Shown here piece by piece: positions 1 to 11,504 of a stretch of DNA of 64,000 bases (position 1 is its first letter; each line of letters starts with the position of its first letter). Below the pieces are notes generated by a model. That model did not search any database and was not told the DNA's origin. It saw nothing but the letters and a program-made list of their open reading frames with translations. The DNA lies in assembly GCA_020184695.1 (NCBI GenBank), contig JAANOX010000008.1:1-64000 (forward strand). The letters are read 5' to 3'. Source of the stretch: Histomonas meleagridis 2922-C6/04-290x. Lineage: Eukaryota; Protista; Parabasalia. The position numbers and the translations under genes were made by a program.

Positions 1-90
1 TGTTGAAAGTGCTATCGTCCCTCTAGAAAAAATTTCCCATTCTCTCGAAATTGAATGAAGATTTATTCAACCCCTCCAGTGAAAAATTAA

Positions 91-138
91 GGTCGGGACA
101 ATTACAGGGACCCTAGGGTCCCTGTAATTGTCCCCACC
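91..138. repeat. GC-rich palindrome: perfect 40 bp (95-134), 48 bp with one mismatch
   Basis: GGGACAATTACAGGGACCCT|AGGGTCCCTGTAATTGTCCC is self-complementary with no loop. The flanking GGT(C) and (C)ACC extend it with one C:C mismatch. Confidence 0.97.
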
Positions 139-669
139 GCATTATATATATACCAATAATGTTGTTCATATCTGAAAATTCGATAAAAATCCATCGAAAA
201 AAGTTCGAATAATAAAATCGGTTCTGAAATATATATATTTCCTAATTATATTAAATCTAATTTAATATAAATGAAATAAATTACATGGATGTATAAATTA
301 TATAAGCAGAGTATAATATTAATATTTATTGAAATATGTTGGCAAATTGCATTTGAAATTTTTATCTTCAAATTTTCAATATCTCTCTATTAGTTGATTT
401 AAATATATTTTGTAATTATATATTTGATTTTATTTTGTTTTATCACTTATATCCATCCTTCTATTCATTTTAAAATTTATTTTTTTGAATTGAATGCAAT
501 TTGATCGTTTTGGATTCAATTTTTTTTATGTTGTTAATGAATTTTGCGTTTCTTACTTATTTTTCTGGATTCTAAATTTATTTCAGAAAATATATTATCA
601 CATTATTAAATAGAATTTTTCTTATTAATTTCAGTATTAAGTTTTGCATTAATGATGATTTTTATCTTT

Positions 670-690
670 TTCTTCTTCTTCTTCTTCTTC
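670..690. repeat. (TTC)n microsatellite, about 7 copies
   Basis: Read directly from the sequence. Confidence 0.85.
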
Positions 691-1356
691 AATTTCTTTT
701 TTTTCAGGACCATATATATAGAAAAATAATAAATATGTAATCGAACGATTTTTTCATCTTATAATATAAAATTTAATTCTCTGTCATATTATATCAAAAA
801 TCTTAATATTCCAATGAACAATAAGTACATCATTATATATATATATCATTTATTTTTAATCGTAAGTATTACATTCAACCACTAGATTTCTTAAAAAAAT
901 ATAAATTTTCAGTACGACCGTTTATAAATTTATCGTATAATCGTTTCCTATTCAATTTAGTGGACCTTGCCTTTAAATAAGATTTTCTTTTCTTCGTTAA
1001 ATTTGGATTCTTCGAATATTATATAATTTCCCTAAAAATCAATACTTGTTATATGGTTTAATATTTCTTCTGACATTATTTATATGATCTCGCACAGAAA
1101 CTCGACTTATTAAAAACATAGATCACGATCGAAAGTGGGTGATAAATGTTATGTTTCAGAATTATATTTGGAAATTATTCGAAATATATAATGGAATGTA
1201 TAATAGATAATGAATAATATAGATTGATCCTTCCACTATCTAGAATTTTAATAAATAATATTTATTTTTGATAATATTATTATATTATATAATATGTGTA
1301 TATTAATAAACTATAATCAAATTTTACTAACACATTATTGGTTCCAAATACATTAA

Positions 1357-2196
1357 ATATTATATATTATATATTATATATTATATATTATATATTATAT
1401 ATTATATATTATATATTATATATTATATATTATATATTATATATTATATATTATATATTATATATTATATATTATATATTATATATTATATATTATATAT
1501 TATATATTATATATTATATATTATATATTATATATTATATATTATATATTATATATTATATATTATATATTATATATTATATATTATATATTATATATTA
1601 TATATTATATATTATATATTATATATTATATATTATATATTATATATTATATATTATATATTATATATTATATATTATATATTATATATTATATATTATA
1701 TATTATATATTATATATTATATATTATATATTATATATTATATATTATATATTATATATTATATATTATATATTATATATTATATATTATATATTATATA
1801 TTATATATTATATATTATATATTATATATTATATATTATATATTATATATTATATATTATATATTATATATTATATATTATATATTATATATTATATATT
1901 ATATATTATATATTATATATTATATATTATATATTATATATTATATATTATATATTATATATTATATATTATATATTATATATTATATATTATATATTAT
2001 ATATTATATATTATATATTATATATTATATATTATATATTATATATTATATATTATATATTATATATTATATATTATATATTATATATTATATATTATAT
2101 ATTATATATTATATATTATATATTATATATTATATATTATATATTATATATTATATATTATATATTATATATTATATATTATATATTATATATTAT
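1357..2196. repeat. 7-bp tandem satellite (ATATTAT)x120
   Basis: 840 bp, read directly. The unbroken IIYYILY period in the ORF track indicates no substitutions or indels. Confidence 0.97.
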
Positions 2197-3243
2197 AATA
2201 CCGAATTTCGGTATTGACAGATAATAAGAGTTCTAGCAATCAATAGCATACAAACGATGTTTTGCAATTTTAGTATATTGATGCCATATCACATTTTCTT
2301 GTATTATATATTTTATTGCTTTCAGACGCCAATCTTTAGGTTTAATATTTCTCTCTGTTAATTGATGTATTTCAGGTCTTGTAGGCAAGAGTTAATCTTC
2401 TTCATAAAAATCAGAAAATATCTCAAGTGTGTGGCATTATCTCATGAAGTTCTTTATTATGTACAGAAAACGGAGATAAATTATTTTTATTTCTAATTAA
2501 ATCTTATTAATTTTATCTAGATTTGGAACTTTGAATAAAAAGTATTTCAGCATGTTTATCTAAAAAGGGTCACCACCAAAAATTGTTGTAATTGCTCTTA
2601 ATAAGGATTATGAATTAAATCATGCGTGATAAGATATGAAACAGAATTTAATATGTTTAATATTAATGTAGTAATATCGACACCAGATGAAGATATTATC
2701 ATTTGTGATGCTTTATTTTGTTTAAATACTGCTTCTAATGTATTCTTTTATTCTCTATAAATTCATGAAGAAATGTTTCATAGCCATTTTTATCTATCAT
2801 ATTTGAAATTGATTTAATTTTATTAGAATTGCTTAGGAAATGTGTTTCTAGTTTGTTAAAATGATTATTAACATTATTTAAGACATTTATTCCTCCTGAA
2901 TAAACACCTTCTAATTTAGCAAAATCTGATATTAAAAGTATCTCAAAATTTAAATATTTTATAAAAATAGGGAAATGACTTTCATTAAAAAGTGAAAAGA
3001 GAAATATCTTTTTTAACCTAAAAATAAGCATTAATAAATAAGTTTTAGTTCCATAATTTGTACATTGTTTTATTAATGCTTATATATCAGATTTCTTTTG
3101 TTGTAACGTATGATATCATATGCATATGATTTTACGAACGATATCATTATCCTCATCTTTTTTAATATAAACAACTTTGTAAAGGGAAAAACAAAATTAA
3201 AATGATAGAAAATCTATTTAAACATGTATAAAATGAAAAAAGT

Positions 3244-4131
3244 TTACTGATCGTCGGCTTCTTCATAGCACCAAACTTTGCCATCTTCTTTATTAAGTAC
3301 AACCACTGAGTTGTTCATTTCCACAATTTTGATTATTTCATCCCAATATTTATATAAATGATTCGTTTCAAGTGGTTCATATTCATTAGCATATCTGAAC
3401 TTACCACCAGATGTTTGTCTGCGAAGCTTCTCAATAACATCTGAAGCATATTCTTGTATCTCTTTGCGGAGTTTCTTCTTTCGGTGTATTGTTATCAAAA
3501 TTGATAAAATAATTAAAATTCCGACGAAGAAGATGAAAACGCTGGCCTTGTTCTCGTATACAAAAACAATTACTTTACACTTTGTGTCAAGAATTGGATC
3601 ATATGAAATGTAAAAATTACCGACATGCTGAATAGAATATGGCGTAAGATGAAGATTTTTTAGTGCTTCGATAAAGAGATCCGACTCACCAAATTTTTGT
3701 GTGAGATCTGAAAAACTGAAAGGATGTGATGAATTACAATTTGTGGAATCAATATGAGATGCGATGAATTGGCCGATTTTGTTTGCATAAGTGATAACAG
3801 TGGAATCCTGTATACAGGATTTTCCTGTGCTTTTATATCCTCCATTACAGTAGAGTTTACCAGAAATGCATCTACCATTAGATGGACAAGGATTGCAATT
3901 TTCAATATGCACATCATCACTACAAAAATGGTTAAGACCGGCCTTTTTTTTGTAAAGAAGAATTGATAAAACAAACAGTAAAGATGAAAGAATTATGGGA
4001 ATTATGGTCCAGCAATCCATTAATTTATCACTATCCTTTTTCGTTGGTGGTTTTTTGTGTTTTTTGTGATGTCTGTTTTTTGTTTCACTGTGATGGTAAT
4101 CATCATCTTTGCTTGCTCTTTTATGAGGCAT
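3244..4131 (-). CDS. Man1/Src1-like inner nuclear membrane protein (295 aa)
   Basis: Basic N-terminus, TM1 (WTIIPIILSSLLFVLSILLY), Cys-rich luminal CNPCPSNGRCISGKLYCNGGYKSTGKSC typical of Man1/Src1, TM2, then a C-terminal domain. Confidence 0.7.
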   Translation of the reverse strand: MPHKRASKDDDYHHSETKNRHHKKHKKPPTKKDSDKLMDCWTIIPIILSSLLFVLSILLYKKKAGLNHFCSDDVHIENCNPCPSNGRCISGKLYCNGGYKSTGKSCIQDSTVITYANKIGQFIASHIDSTNCNSSHPFSFSDLTQKFGESDLFIEALKNLHLTPYSIQHVGNFYISYDPILDTKCKVIVFVYENKASVFIFFVGILIILSILITIHRKKKLRKEIQEYASDVIEKLRRQTSGGKFRYANEYEPLETNHLYKYWDEIIKIVEMNNSVVVLNKEDGKVWCYEEADDQ

Positions 4132-4559
4132 TTAATTTTTGAAAGTTAGCCAAGTATACTATTAAAAAGTCAAAATCAAAAAGTGACTATTTCAGGGTGT
4201 TGTTTCTTCTTGAATAAAAAATCTCATTTTTAGGAGGTATGAGGTAAAACGCATCAATGAGATCAAGAAATTTTTTATATAATATCTCTAGGTGTATTTT
4301 TTAAATTTTATATGAATGTTAAATCAGGTATCTTAGGTTAGAATTCGCAAATTCTACAGTGCGCTTTAAAAGCAAATGTAAAATGTGTATTTTTTCCAAA
4401 ATTTAGAATAAATTATTTAAAAATTATCTTATCTTATATCATATATATGATAGAGTAAAAAAGCCAAAATACATTAATAAAAAGACCCTCTTTCACGACA
4501 TATTGTTTTCAACACATTATTGTATGGAAATAAAATCAAAAATGTTTATTGAAGTTAAA

Positions 4560-4750
4560 CTTGGTAAATTTACCAAGCATTATCACATCAGTGTTAATGT
4601 TCTTAAGCACATATTAAAGTATGAACCAAGTAAATCATCCAATTCCTGATTTTTATGTATAGAACTGTGGACATTCATAGCAACATTTTTGAGACATCCA
4701 AATACGCGGTAGTCAAATGACTAGCATTTGTCTGCGGCTCCATAAGAGTT
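4560..4750 (-). pseudogene. Short pogo/DDE_1-type transposase fragment
   Basis: My minus-strand translation SYGAADKC*SFDYRVFGCLKNVAM resembles the QPLDxxVFGxLK third-catalytic-Asp motif. It has an in-frame stop and no termini were found. Confidence 0.4.
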
Positions 4751-4882
4751 ATAAAACAATCAAATTGAATTCAATAAATTTACAACTAATTTTCATGATA
4801 TTCATAACTTTATATTATTATATATTAATTCAATAAAAAAAATCAGTACTGATTCTAAAATAATTATTTGGAAAAGAAATTG

Positions 4883-4890
4883 AGCGGTTT
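4883..4890 (+). promoter_or_regulatory. Candidate trichomonad M3-like core promoter element AGCGGTTT upstream of PDS5
   Basis: Matches the T. vaginalis M3 consensus as I recall it (DRCSGYTD). Similar matches lie upstream of other genes at 11850-11857, 14137-14144 and 47970-47977. Confidence 0.35.
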
Positions 4891-4955
4891 AAAGGCATGC
4901 CTTGATTAAGTTTGTTTGAAAAAGTGGAACAAATTTTGGCGGGATTTAACCAATA

Positions 4956-7955
4956 ATGATGGATGAAGCCAAAGTTTTAAACTTAGAGAAATATGATGCA
5001 TATCTTGAAACAACCGAGCTTATAAAAAATACAACTGAATTAGCTAATTTTTTAGAAAAGCCAAGTAAAACACTTACCATCAATTCAATTCGTCCACTCT
5101 TGACGTACTTTGTTGAATCAGAAGAACTCATGGATACGCCAAATCAAGAACTACAACTGCAATTAGCCCGGTGTTTTATATATTCTTTTAAGTTTTCAAT
5201 TCCTGAAATTCCGATTGAAAAAAGTCGGGAAAAATTTATTTGCAGAATTTTTCGATTATTGAACCATGTTTTTTCATTTCTTAGTGATCCTGAGTCATCA
5301 TATTACGATGAACGAATTAAGCTTCTTTCAATATCTAATCAAATTGGTTTAATGGTTTTAGTTAAAGATCCTTCACTAATCAAAGAAGTTTTTGACGTTT
5401 TAATTCACATTGATCTTCCTGATTCTATTGATAACTTGGCCAAAATGATAAATGACAATGATCGATTACCAACAGCAATTCTTTATTCTATGTGTGATGA
5501 AATTGACAATAACCCAAACATTGGTAAATTAATATCAAAACTTCATAAAACCAAACAGATTGAATTTCTTCAAGGCATTCGAAGTTATTCATCTGATGTT
5601 GATTCAATTATTCTATATGGGAAAGTATCCAATTTGATCGATATTTCACCTATTAATTTATTTAGTTTTGTTGAATACGATATCTGTAATGAAGATGATA
5701 GAATTCGAGTTGAATCAATTAAACTTGCAACAAAACTTTTACTTATGCCTGAATTTTCAACAGAATATTATCCACAATATTCATCAATTGTTTCACGAAA
5801 TATTGATCGATTATCAACCATACGAGTTCTTGTTATTAATTTTTCTTTTTCATTATTAAAAAACTTAGAATCACATTTGCAAATGATTAATAATTCATCT
5901 GATATCGAATATGTCATGTGTAATAAATTAAAACAAGATATTTGGAATTGTTTTAAAAAAAGAATTACTGATCAACAAAATGAAGTACGACTTGCGATAA
6001 TGAAAAATCTTTTAAAACTTGATTTAGATCAAATTGAGATTGATACTGAAATTTTATCTAAAAGATTAAGTGATAAATCACATGAAGTACGCGTAAGTTG
6101 TCTAAAATTAATGTTAAAAATATATGAAAAAGATCCTGAAAATCTTGATTGGCTTTTAGAATATTTGGTATCACTTTATCCTGCTGTTAAAGATATTGTA
6201 TTATTTGGGTTTAGTTGTTTAGTAGCTAATCATTCATTAGTCGAATTAGCAAGTCAATTAAATGATAGAAAACCACTTTTAGCTATATTAAAAGATACAA
6301 ATGAATTTAGAACTCATTTACCAAATTATAAAGATCCTGCTTCAAAATCTATTTTACTTAAACATATAGATGAAAAAACACTTAAGAAATTAATGAAAGT
6401 TGTTCCTAAAACTTTTGTGAAAACTGCAATTGATCCTAAACAAAGAAATAGAGTATTTAAACTTATAAAAAAGAAAACTTCTGATGATGACGCACGTTTG
6501 CTTATGGGATTATATCAACCTTCTCCACTTGATACTACAAGTCTTTTAAAATGTAAAAACCAAACAATTGTTAAAGAAATCGCAAAAATTTTCCCCAATG
6601 ATTTCGAAGGTGAAATTCCTCAAATGTTAAAAAGAGGTTCACCAATCGATTTAATCATTTTATCATGTATGAAAAATGTCGATTTAGATGATGAAACTCG
6701 TGAAGAAGTTTTAACTAAAATTGCAGCAATAATTAACAAAAAGGAAAAGAAAACATTACATTTGGCTTTAAAAGCTTTTGCTCATTTGTTTAAAGTACAA
6801 TTTAGTGAAATTTTAAAAAAAATTAAATTTAAAAAATCAGATATTAATGAAGAAATCAATTTTTTTGGAAGAATTAATGTTCCTGAACTTGTACCTGATA
6901 AACTTTATAAACAAATTAATTCTACAATTAATGATATGGATAAAGATATGGCTAAAGCAACATTAAAATTAATTTCATTAGCTAAAAATGAAGAAACTGT
7001 AAAAGTTCATATGGAATTAGTAGATAAATATCCCGATATTACATTTAAGTCATTTTTATCAATTGCATCTGATATAGCAGAATATAATACACCTAATGTA
7101 TTTCGTAAATTTGCTTCTGTAATGCAACACACAGAAGCTGAAGTTAGGGAAAGTGCTATAAATTCATTAACAAATGCATTGAAAAATCCAAACACACCCA
7201 TTCAATTTTTGGCACTTTTCACATTATCTGCAACAGATCCTTATGAAAAGAATTTAATAGAAGCTAAAAAACAATTATCTCAAGCCATTCATTTTAGAAG
7301 GACAATACAAAAAAAGACTAAAACAAATTCATCGCAAATTGCACCTGAAACAGCATTACCATTTGTTATATATTTATTAGCTCATCATCAAAATTTCGAT
7401 GATGACCTTCCTGACCTACCAACATTTGATACATATTTAAGATTTTTTTTGACACCTTTATGTGCGGATACTTCTGATTTCGGAAAAATACTTGAAATAT
7501 TCTTCCATATGAAGTTTTTAGAAGATGTTGAAGTAGAATATACCGATAAATTAATTAAACTTTGTGATCTTGGCTCTTCAATTGTAAAAGAAATTGGAGG
7601 CGGAAGAAATTGGAACTTAAATACACAAGAAACTACATTTGAGTTCTCTTCAAGATATTTCAAACAAGCTGTAGATAAAGATAGAGTTAAAGCATTAGTT
7701 AAACAATCAAATGTAGAAATAATAAAAAGTCCTTCAAAAGGTGGTCAGCTTCTTAGAGCTGGAATGAGTCCATTATTAAAGAAACCTAAAACTAAAACAA
7801 ACAAATCACTCAGTGGGAAATCAGCTCCTTCAACTCCTCCACGTAAAGCTAAAACAAAATATGAACCTAAAACACCACAACCTAAAGCAAAAACTGAAGA
7901 AATTCCATTAAGAAGATCTCCTAGAACAAAATCACCAAAGAAAAGAAAATCATAA
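4956..7955 (+). CDS. PDS5: Sister chromatid cohesion protein Pds5 homologue (999 aa)
   Basis: HEAT-repeat character, the Pds5 motif PETALPFVIYLLAHHQNF, and a Lys/Pro/Ser-rich basic tail with SP/TP sites. Confidence 0.85.
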   Translation: MMDEAKVLNLEKYDAYLETTELIKNTTELANFLEKPSKTLTINSIRPLLTYFVESEELMDTPNQELQLQLARCFIYSFKFSIPEIPIEKSREKFICRIFRLLNHVFSFLSDPESSYYDERIKLLSISNQIGLMVLVKDPSLIKEVFDVLIHIDLPDSIDNLAKMINDNDRLPTAILYSMCDEIDNNPNIGKLISKLHKTKQIEFLQGIRSYSSDVDSIILYGKVSNLIDISPINLFSFVEYDICNEDDRIRVESIKLATKLLLMPEFSTEYYPQYSSIVSRNIDRLSTIRVLVINFSFSLLKNLESHLQMINNSSDIEYVMCNKLKQDIWNCFKKRITDQQNEVRLAIMKNLLKLDLDQIEIDTEILSKRLSDKSHEVRVSCLKLMLKIYEKDPENLDWLLEYLVSLYPAVKDIVLFGFSCLVANHSLVELASQLNDRKPLLAILKDTNEFRTHLPNYKDPASKSILLKHIDEKTLKKLMKVVPKTFVKTAIDPKQRNRVFKLIKKKTSDDDARLLMGLYQPSPLDTTSLLKCKNQTIVKEIAKIFPNDFEGEIPQMLKRGSPIDLIILSCMKNVDLDDETREEVLTKIAAIINKKEKKTLHLALKAFAHLFKVQFSEILKKIKFKKSDINEEINFFGRINVPELVPDKLYKQINSTINDMDKDMAKATLKLISLAKNEETVKVHMELVDKYPDITFKSFLSIASDIAEYNTPNVFRKFASVMQHTEAEVRESAINSLTNALKNPNTPIQFLALFTLSATDPYEKNLIEAKKQLSQAIHFRRTIQKKTKTNSSQIAPETALPFVIYLLAHHQNFDDDLPDLPTFDTYLRFFLTPLCADTSDFGKILEIFFHMKFLEDVEVEYTDKLIKLCDLGSSIVKEIGGGRNWNLNTQETTFEFSSRYFKQAVDKDRVKALVKQSNVEIIKSPSKGGQLLRAGMSPLLKKPKTKTNKSLSGKSAPSTPPRKAKTKYEPKTPQPKAKTEEIPLRRSPRTKSPKKRKS

Positions 7956-8177
7956 AAACCAAATAATATTTTCATAAATAAAAATTTATATTTGATAAAA
8001 GAAATGTCATGTGAAATATTTATGCCTGTAGTAACGGCTCCATATCGTTTAGTATCTAAAGTATAGAAAATTGACTGACGTAAAAAGATCACATTGATTG
8101 GGTCCACCACAATTTCAATGAAAACGCTTTTGGAAAAAGTTGTAAAAAAAAACCCTATCGTCTAATAAGGCGACAAA

Positions 8178-11100
8178 ATGTATGGAGAGTACACTGTGCA
8201 TTTTATGCTTGAATCACTCATAGAAAATAAGCTCCTTGAAGATGACTCAAAAGATTATGCATTTTTAACTTATGATTATCCTACAATCGTTGAAGCATCA
8301 AAAAAAGTTGTAGAATCAATAGGAAGAAATTTAGACGCTGTTTCAATTGATACAAAAAAGCGAGTCAAAATATTAATGGAATTTATGGGTATAGCATTAT
8401 CCTTATATGTTCATGAAAATAAATTTATGATTATCGCAAGAAATTTTTATAGAAGATGGCTTGAAGAAACATCTATTTTTGGTGACAATAAAAGACAAAA
8501 CAAATTTATTCGAAGAATCTTTAAACAACTTTCAAAACCATTTGAAATGAAACTTGCACCAAACACTAAATTTGATCATGATTTCTATGACCTTCTTTTG
8601 GAAATAATTAATGATTACTCGTATGTTCATGTTGTAAAAGGCAAATATTTTGAAAAAGAAACATGGACAACATTATTTTACATATTAGTAGCAATTGTTG
8701 ATAAGTTATTACAAACCAATTTCGCAGGACACCTCAGCGTTGTTGAGTCATCTATTTTAAAGAGGAATGCTATTTCATGCTGTTTTTCCGTTATTCATTT
8801 ATCAGGAATTAAAGATCCTGAAGTATGGGCAGTTTTAAATAAATACTCACACAGATGGAGCGTTGACATTGATTTTGCAAAATGTTGGAATATTTTGAGT
8901 ACTACAATATTCAATTTTATGATATCGAAATATTATAATATTGAATACGAAAAACCACTCTTTAGCCAAGGATATTATCTTGATTCAACTCCTGTTGACA
9001 AAAGCACCATTGCTTTTCTTTTTCATCAAACATTATATTCTCTTGATTTTAAACAAATCCATAAACATCCCGATGTTATTGAAAATGTATACAAAGCCAT
9101 CTCCTCCATGACAAACAAAGCTCTTGAAATCTCTTCCAAGTCAAGTAAAGGACTTTATTGTGTTAAGTTTCCAGCCCAAAGTTTTCTGAAGTTATTTGGT
9201 CGGTTCCTTACATTTTCGTTACCATCAGAATGTGATGAAGGATATTCCATTAACATCATTTCTCTTCTGAAGATCATTTCTTATTTTGAACTTGACAAAG
9301 TTGATGAAGAGATTCGCCGTTATATTGCATCATTTTCATCAATTACAATTGAACAGAGCAAAACGGTTTTTTCATTTATTCAGAATGCTTATACAATATT
9401 TTCAACGCAAACCGCTACGTTACCGTTCATCTCACATTTGTCACTTGACTTTATTTCTAAGTTTCAACCTAAAGAACTTACAGAGAAAGATATATTAAAT
9501 ATTTCTACATTATATCTTTCTTCTACTGAAGTATTACATAATGATTCAACATCTTTTGAAAAATCATCGAAATGTTTTGAACTTCTTTGGCAAATATCAG
9601 AGAATTATCCAACCATTCGATTTAAATTATTAATGAATCCAATGTCATTTCTTAATCCGAACATTAATATATTTCAAATTCTTAAAGAAAGTATTAATAA
9701 ATTCACAACATTCCAAAAGTTTGTTGATTCAAATTCTACATTTTCGATATCATTTATATTATATATATCATTAGTTATACGGAATAAAGGTATTAAAGAT
9801 GTTGACGATTATATCATAACATTAATATTCGATAAGTTCACAACACTTAATACACATGTAGTTCGTGATAAACCAAAACTTTTACTTTCGACACTTCAAT
9901 TATTATTAAATGTTGTTGAATATTATCCGACATATTTCAACAAACCGAAGAATGTTGACTCAGTATTTAATTATTGTTCATTTGTATCGAACATTTTACA
10001 TGAATATGATAATAAGCGACATAAATCAGAAACAAATGATAAACGAAATCAAATGTTTTCACAACCAGAAATCTCAACAAAGAAAAAGTCATCATCAATT
10101 AAAATGGCTTTATCAAAAGATCGAGCATTAAGTAAGAACACAAAGTTATTTGAGAGTAATGATTCATTTCAAATATCATCACGTTCATCATCTAAAAAAG
10201 GGAATCAATTTAAACATATATTTCCTGAATTAAATCATTTATTTGATTATATTCGAGCACGAATTAATTTACATATTCCACTTAAAGATATATATTCACA
10301 TAAAATTGATTCTGATTTTGAGATTAATGAAAATTCGGTAATCGAAAAACTTGGATTAAATGATACTAAAATCCATTATTATACAGTTGGTAAATCATTA
10401 TTAGTATCATTCATTGAGAAAAATGATTCGACTCCACCATACATAATATTTGCGCGTGGTCCATTTGGGAAATCAATTTGGACACTTACCGATGATTATC
10501 AAGGAAATCTTTCGACTCCTAAATCATTAGAATTCGAGAAAAAGGAAACAATTAAAGTCGAATATCCTAAAGCTATGGATGTAGATCTAAAGAAAGTATT
10601 TCCTCCGATTAAATTCATTGATTTTAATACGATAAATCCAAACAATTTAAATGAAGAAGATGAAATTCTTTTAAAGAAATATAAAAATGATAATGAAACA
10701 ATTATAAATTGGAATGAATTCGGAGAATATTATCCGTTCGGATTTCATGGACCTTCACAACGTCCGAAAGTTATTGACTTCCTTTCGACACTTGGAATGC
10801 TTGAAGCAAATAATAAATCAGACATTAGACAACAAACTGATGAAGGACTTATCAAGAAAGCAATTCAAGACTTTGACTTATGTAGTGAAACTATTTTGCT
10901 ACCAATTAAAATTATACATTTATTACCTTCGGATAAAGAAATAAATTATAATGTTAACCAATTAAATCGAATGACGCCTTTGATGTTAAACTTCTTAAAT
11001 AATATCGCAGAAAATATTGTTATATCTGAAAAAGCATCAAATAAAAGAAATTGGCCAAAATTAAAATGTTCAGTTCCTGCTTTAAATTGTTCAAATTGTT

Positions 11101-11504
11101 TTGCGGCATTCTTGTCTCCTGCTTTAATAGATAATTTTGATAATAAACAATTGGAGAAATTAATACAATTAAATTCGCCAATTAAAATTATTTTTAATGA
11201 ATCAAACTTCAGAATAAACTATTCAAAAAGTAGTGACGATACACAAATTGTTTTGGTGATAAAACCAAACGAATTGGGTATGTACTCAGTAACGGGGATT
11301 AAATCAATAGATGATAATATGTCTCCTTTCGCTTTGGAACAAATAATGGACGCTAAAACTTTGGCATTTTGTATTACGTATTGTGTGGAAGCATTAGAGA
11401 AATATAACAAGAAAACAATTAGAGAAAGAAGAGTGGTACTTTCCGAATTATGCAAAAAGTTGGGCGAAAATGAAGAAATAAATATTTTGCATGATTTGCA
11501 ATAA
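8178..11504 (+). CDS. RALGAPB: RalGAP beta-subunit-like protein (1108 aa)
   Basis: Helical N-terminal region with YRRWL, the RGPFGKSIW motif (RGPFGRxxW in RalGAPB), and a degenerate C-terminal RapGAP-like region. Confidence 0.6.
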   Translation: MYGEYTVHFMLESLIENKLLEDDSKDYAFLTYDYPTIVEASKKVVESIGRNLDAVSIDTKKRVKILMEFMGIALSLYVHENKFMIIARNFYRRWLEETSIFGDNKRQNKFIRRIFKQLSKPFEMKLAPNTKFDHDFYDLLLEIINDYSYVHVVKGKYFEKETWTTLFYILVAIVDKLLQTNFAGHLSVVESSILKRNAISCCFSVIHLSGIKDPEVWAVLNKYSHRWSVDIDFAKCWNILSTTIFNFMISKYYNIEYEKPLFSQGYYLDSTPVDKSTIAFLFHQTLYSLDFKQIHKHPDVIENVYKAISSMTNKALEISSKSSKGLYCVKFPAQSFLKLFGRFLTFSLPSECDEGYSINIISLLKIISYFELDKVDEEIRRYIASFSSITIEQSKTVFSFIQNAYTIFSTQTATLPFISHLSLDFISKFQPKELTEKDILNISTLYLSSTEVLHNDSTSFEKSSKCFELLWQISENYPTIRFKLLMNPMSFLNPNINIFQILKESINKFTTFQKFVDSNSTFSISFILYISLVIRNKGIKDVDDYIITLIFDKFTTLNTHVVRDKPKLLLSTLQLLLNVVEYYPTYFNKPKNVDSVFNYCSFVSNILHEYDNKRHKSETNDKRNQMFSQPEISTKKKSSSIKMALSKDRALSKNTKLFESNDSFQISSRSSSKKGNQFKHIFPELNHLFDYIRARINLHIPLKDIYSHKIDSDFEINENSVIEKLGLNDTKIHYYTVGKSLLVSFIEKNDSTPPYIIFARGPFGKSIWTLTDDYQGNLSTPKSLEFEKKETIKVEYPKAMDVDLKKVFPPIKFIDFNTINPNNLNEEDEILLKKYKNDNETIINWNEFGEYYPFGFHGPSQRPKVIDFLSTLGMLEANNKSDIRQQTDEGLIKKAIQDFDLCSETILLPIKIIHLLPSDKEINYNVNQLNRMTPLMLNFLNNIAENIVISEKASNKRNWPKLKCSVPALNCSNCFAAFLSPALIDNFDNKQLEKLIQLNSPIKIIFNESNFRINYSKSSDDTQIVLVIKPNELGMYSVTGIKSIDDNMSPFALEQIMDAKTLAFCITYCVEALEKYNKKTIRERRVVLSELCKKLGENEEINILHDLQ

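Noticed and set aside
1357-2196. CRISPR array or telomeric repeat
   Set aside because: There are no spacers, and the repeat is internal and lacks the G-rich strand typical of telomeres.
1338-2198. 286-aa ORF of IIYYILY repeats
   Set aside because: It is the stop-free translation of the 7-bp satellite, with a TTG start and no coding signal.
2735-3031. 98-aa minus-strand ORF
   Set aside because: Short, low complexity and no recognisable motif. It may be a relic but I cannot support a call.
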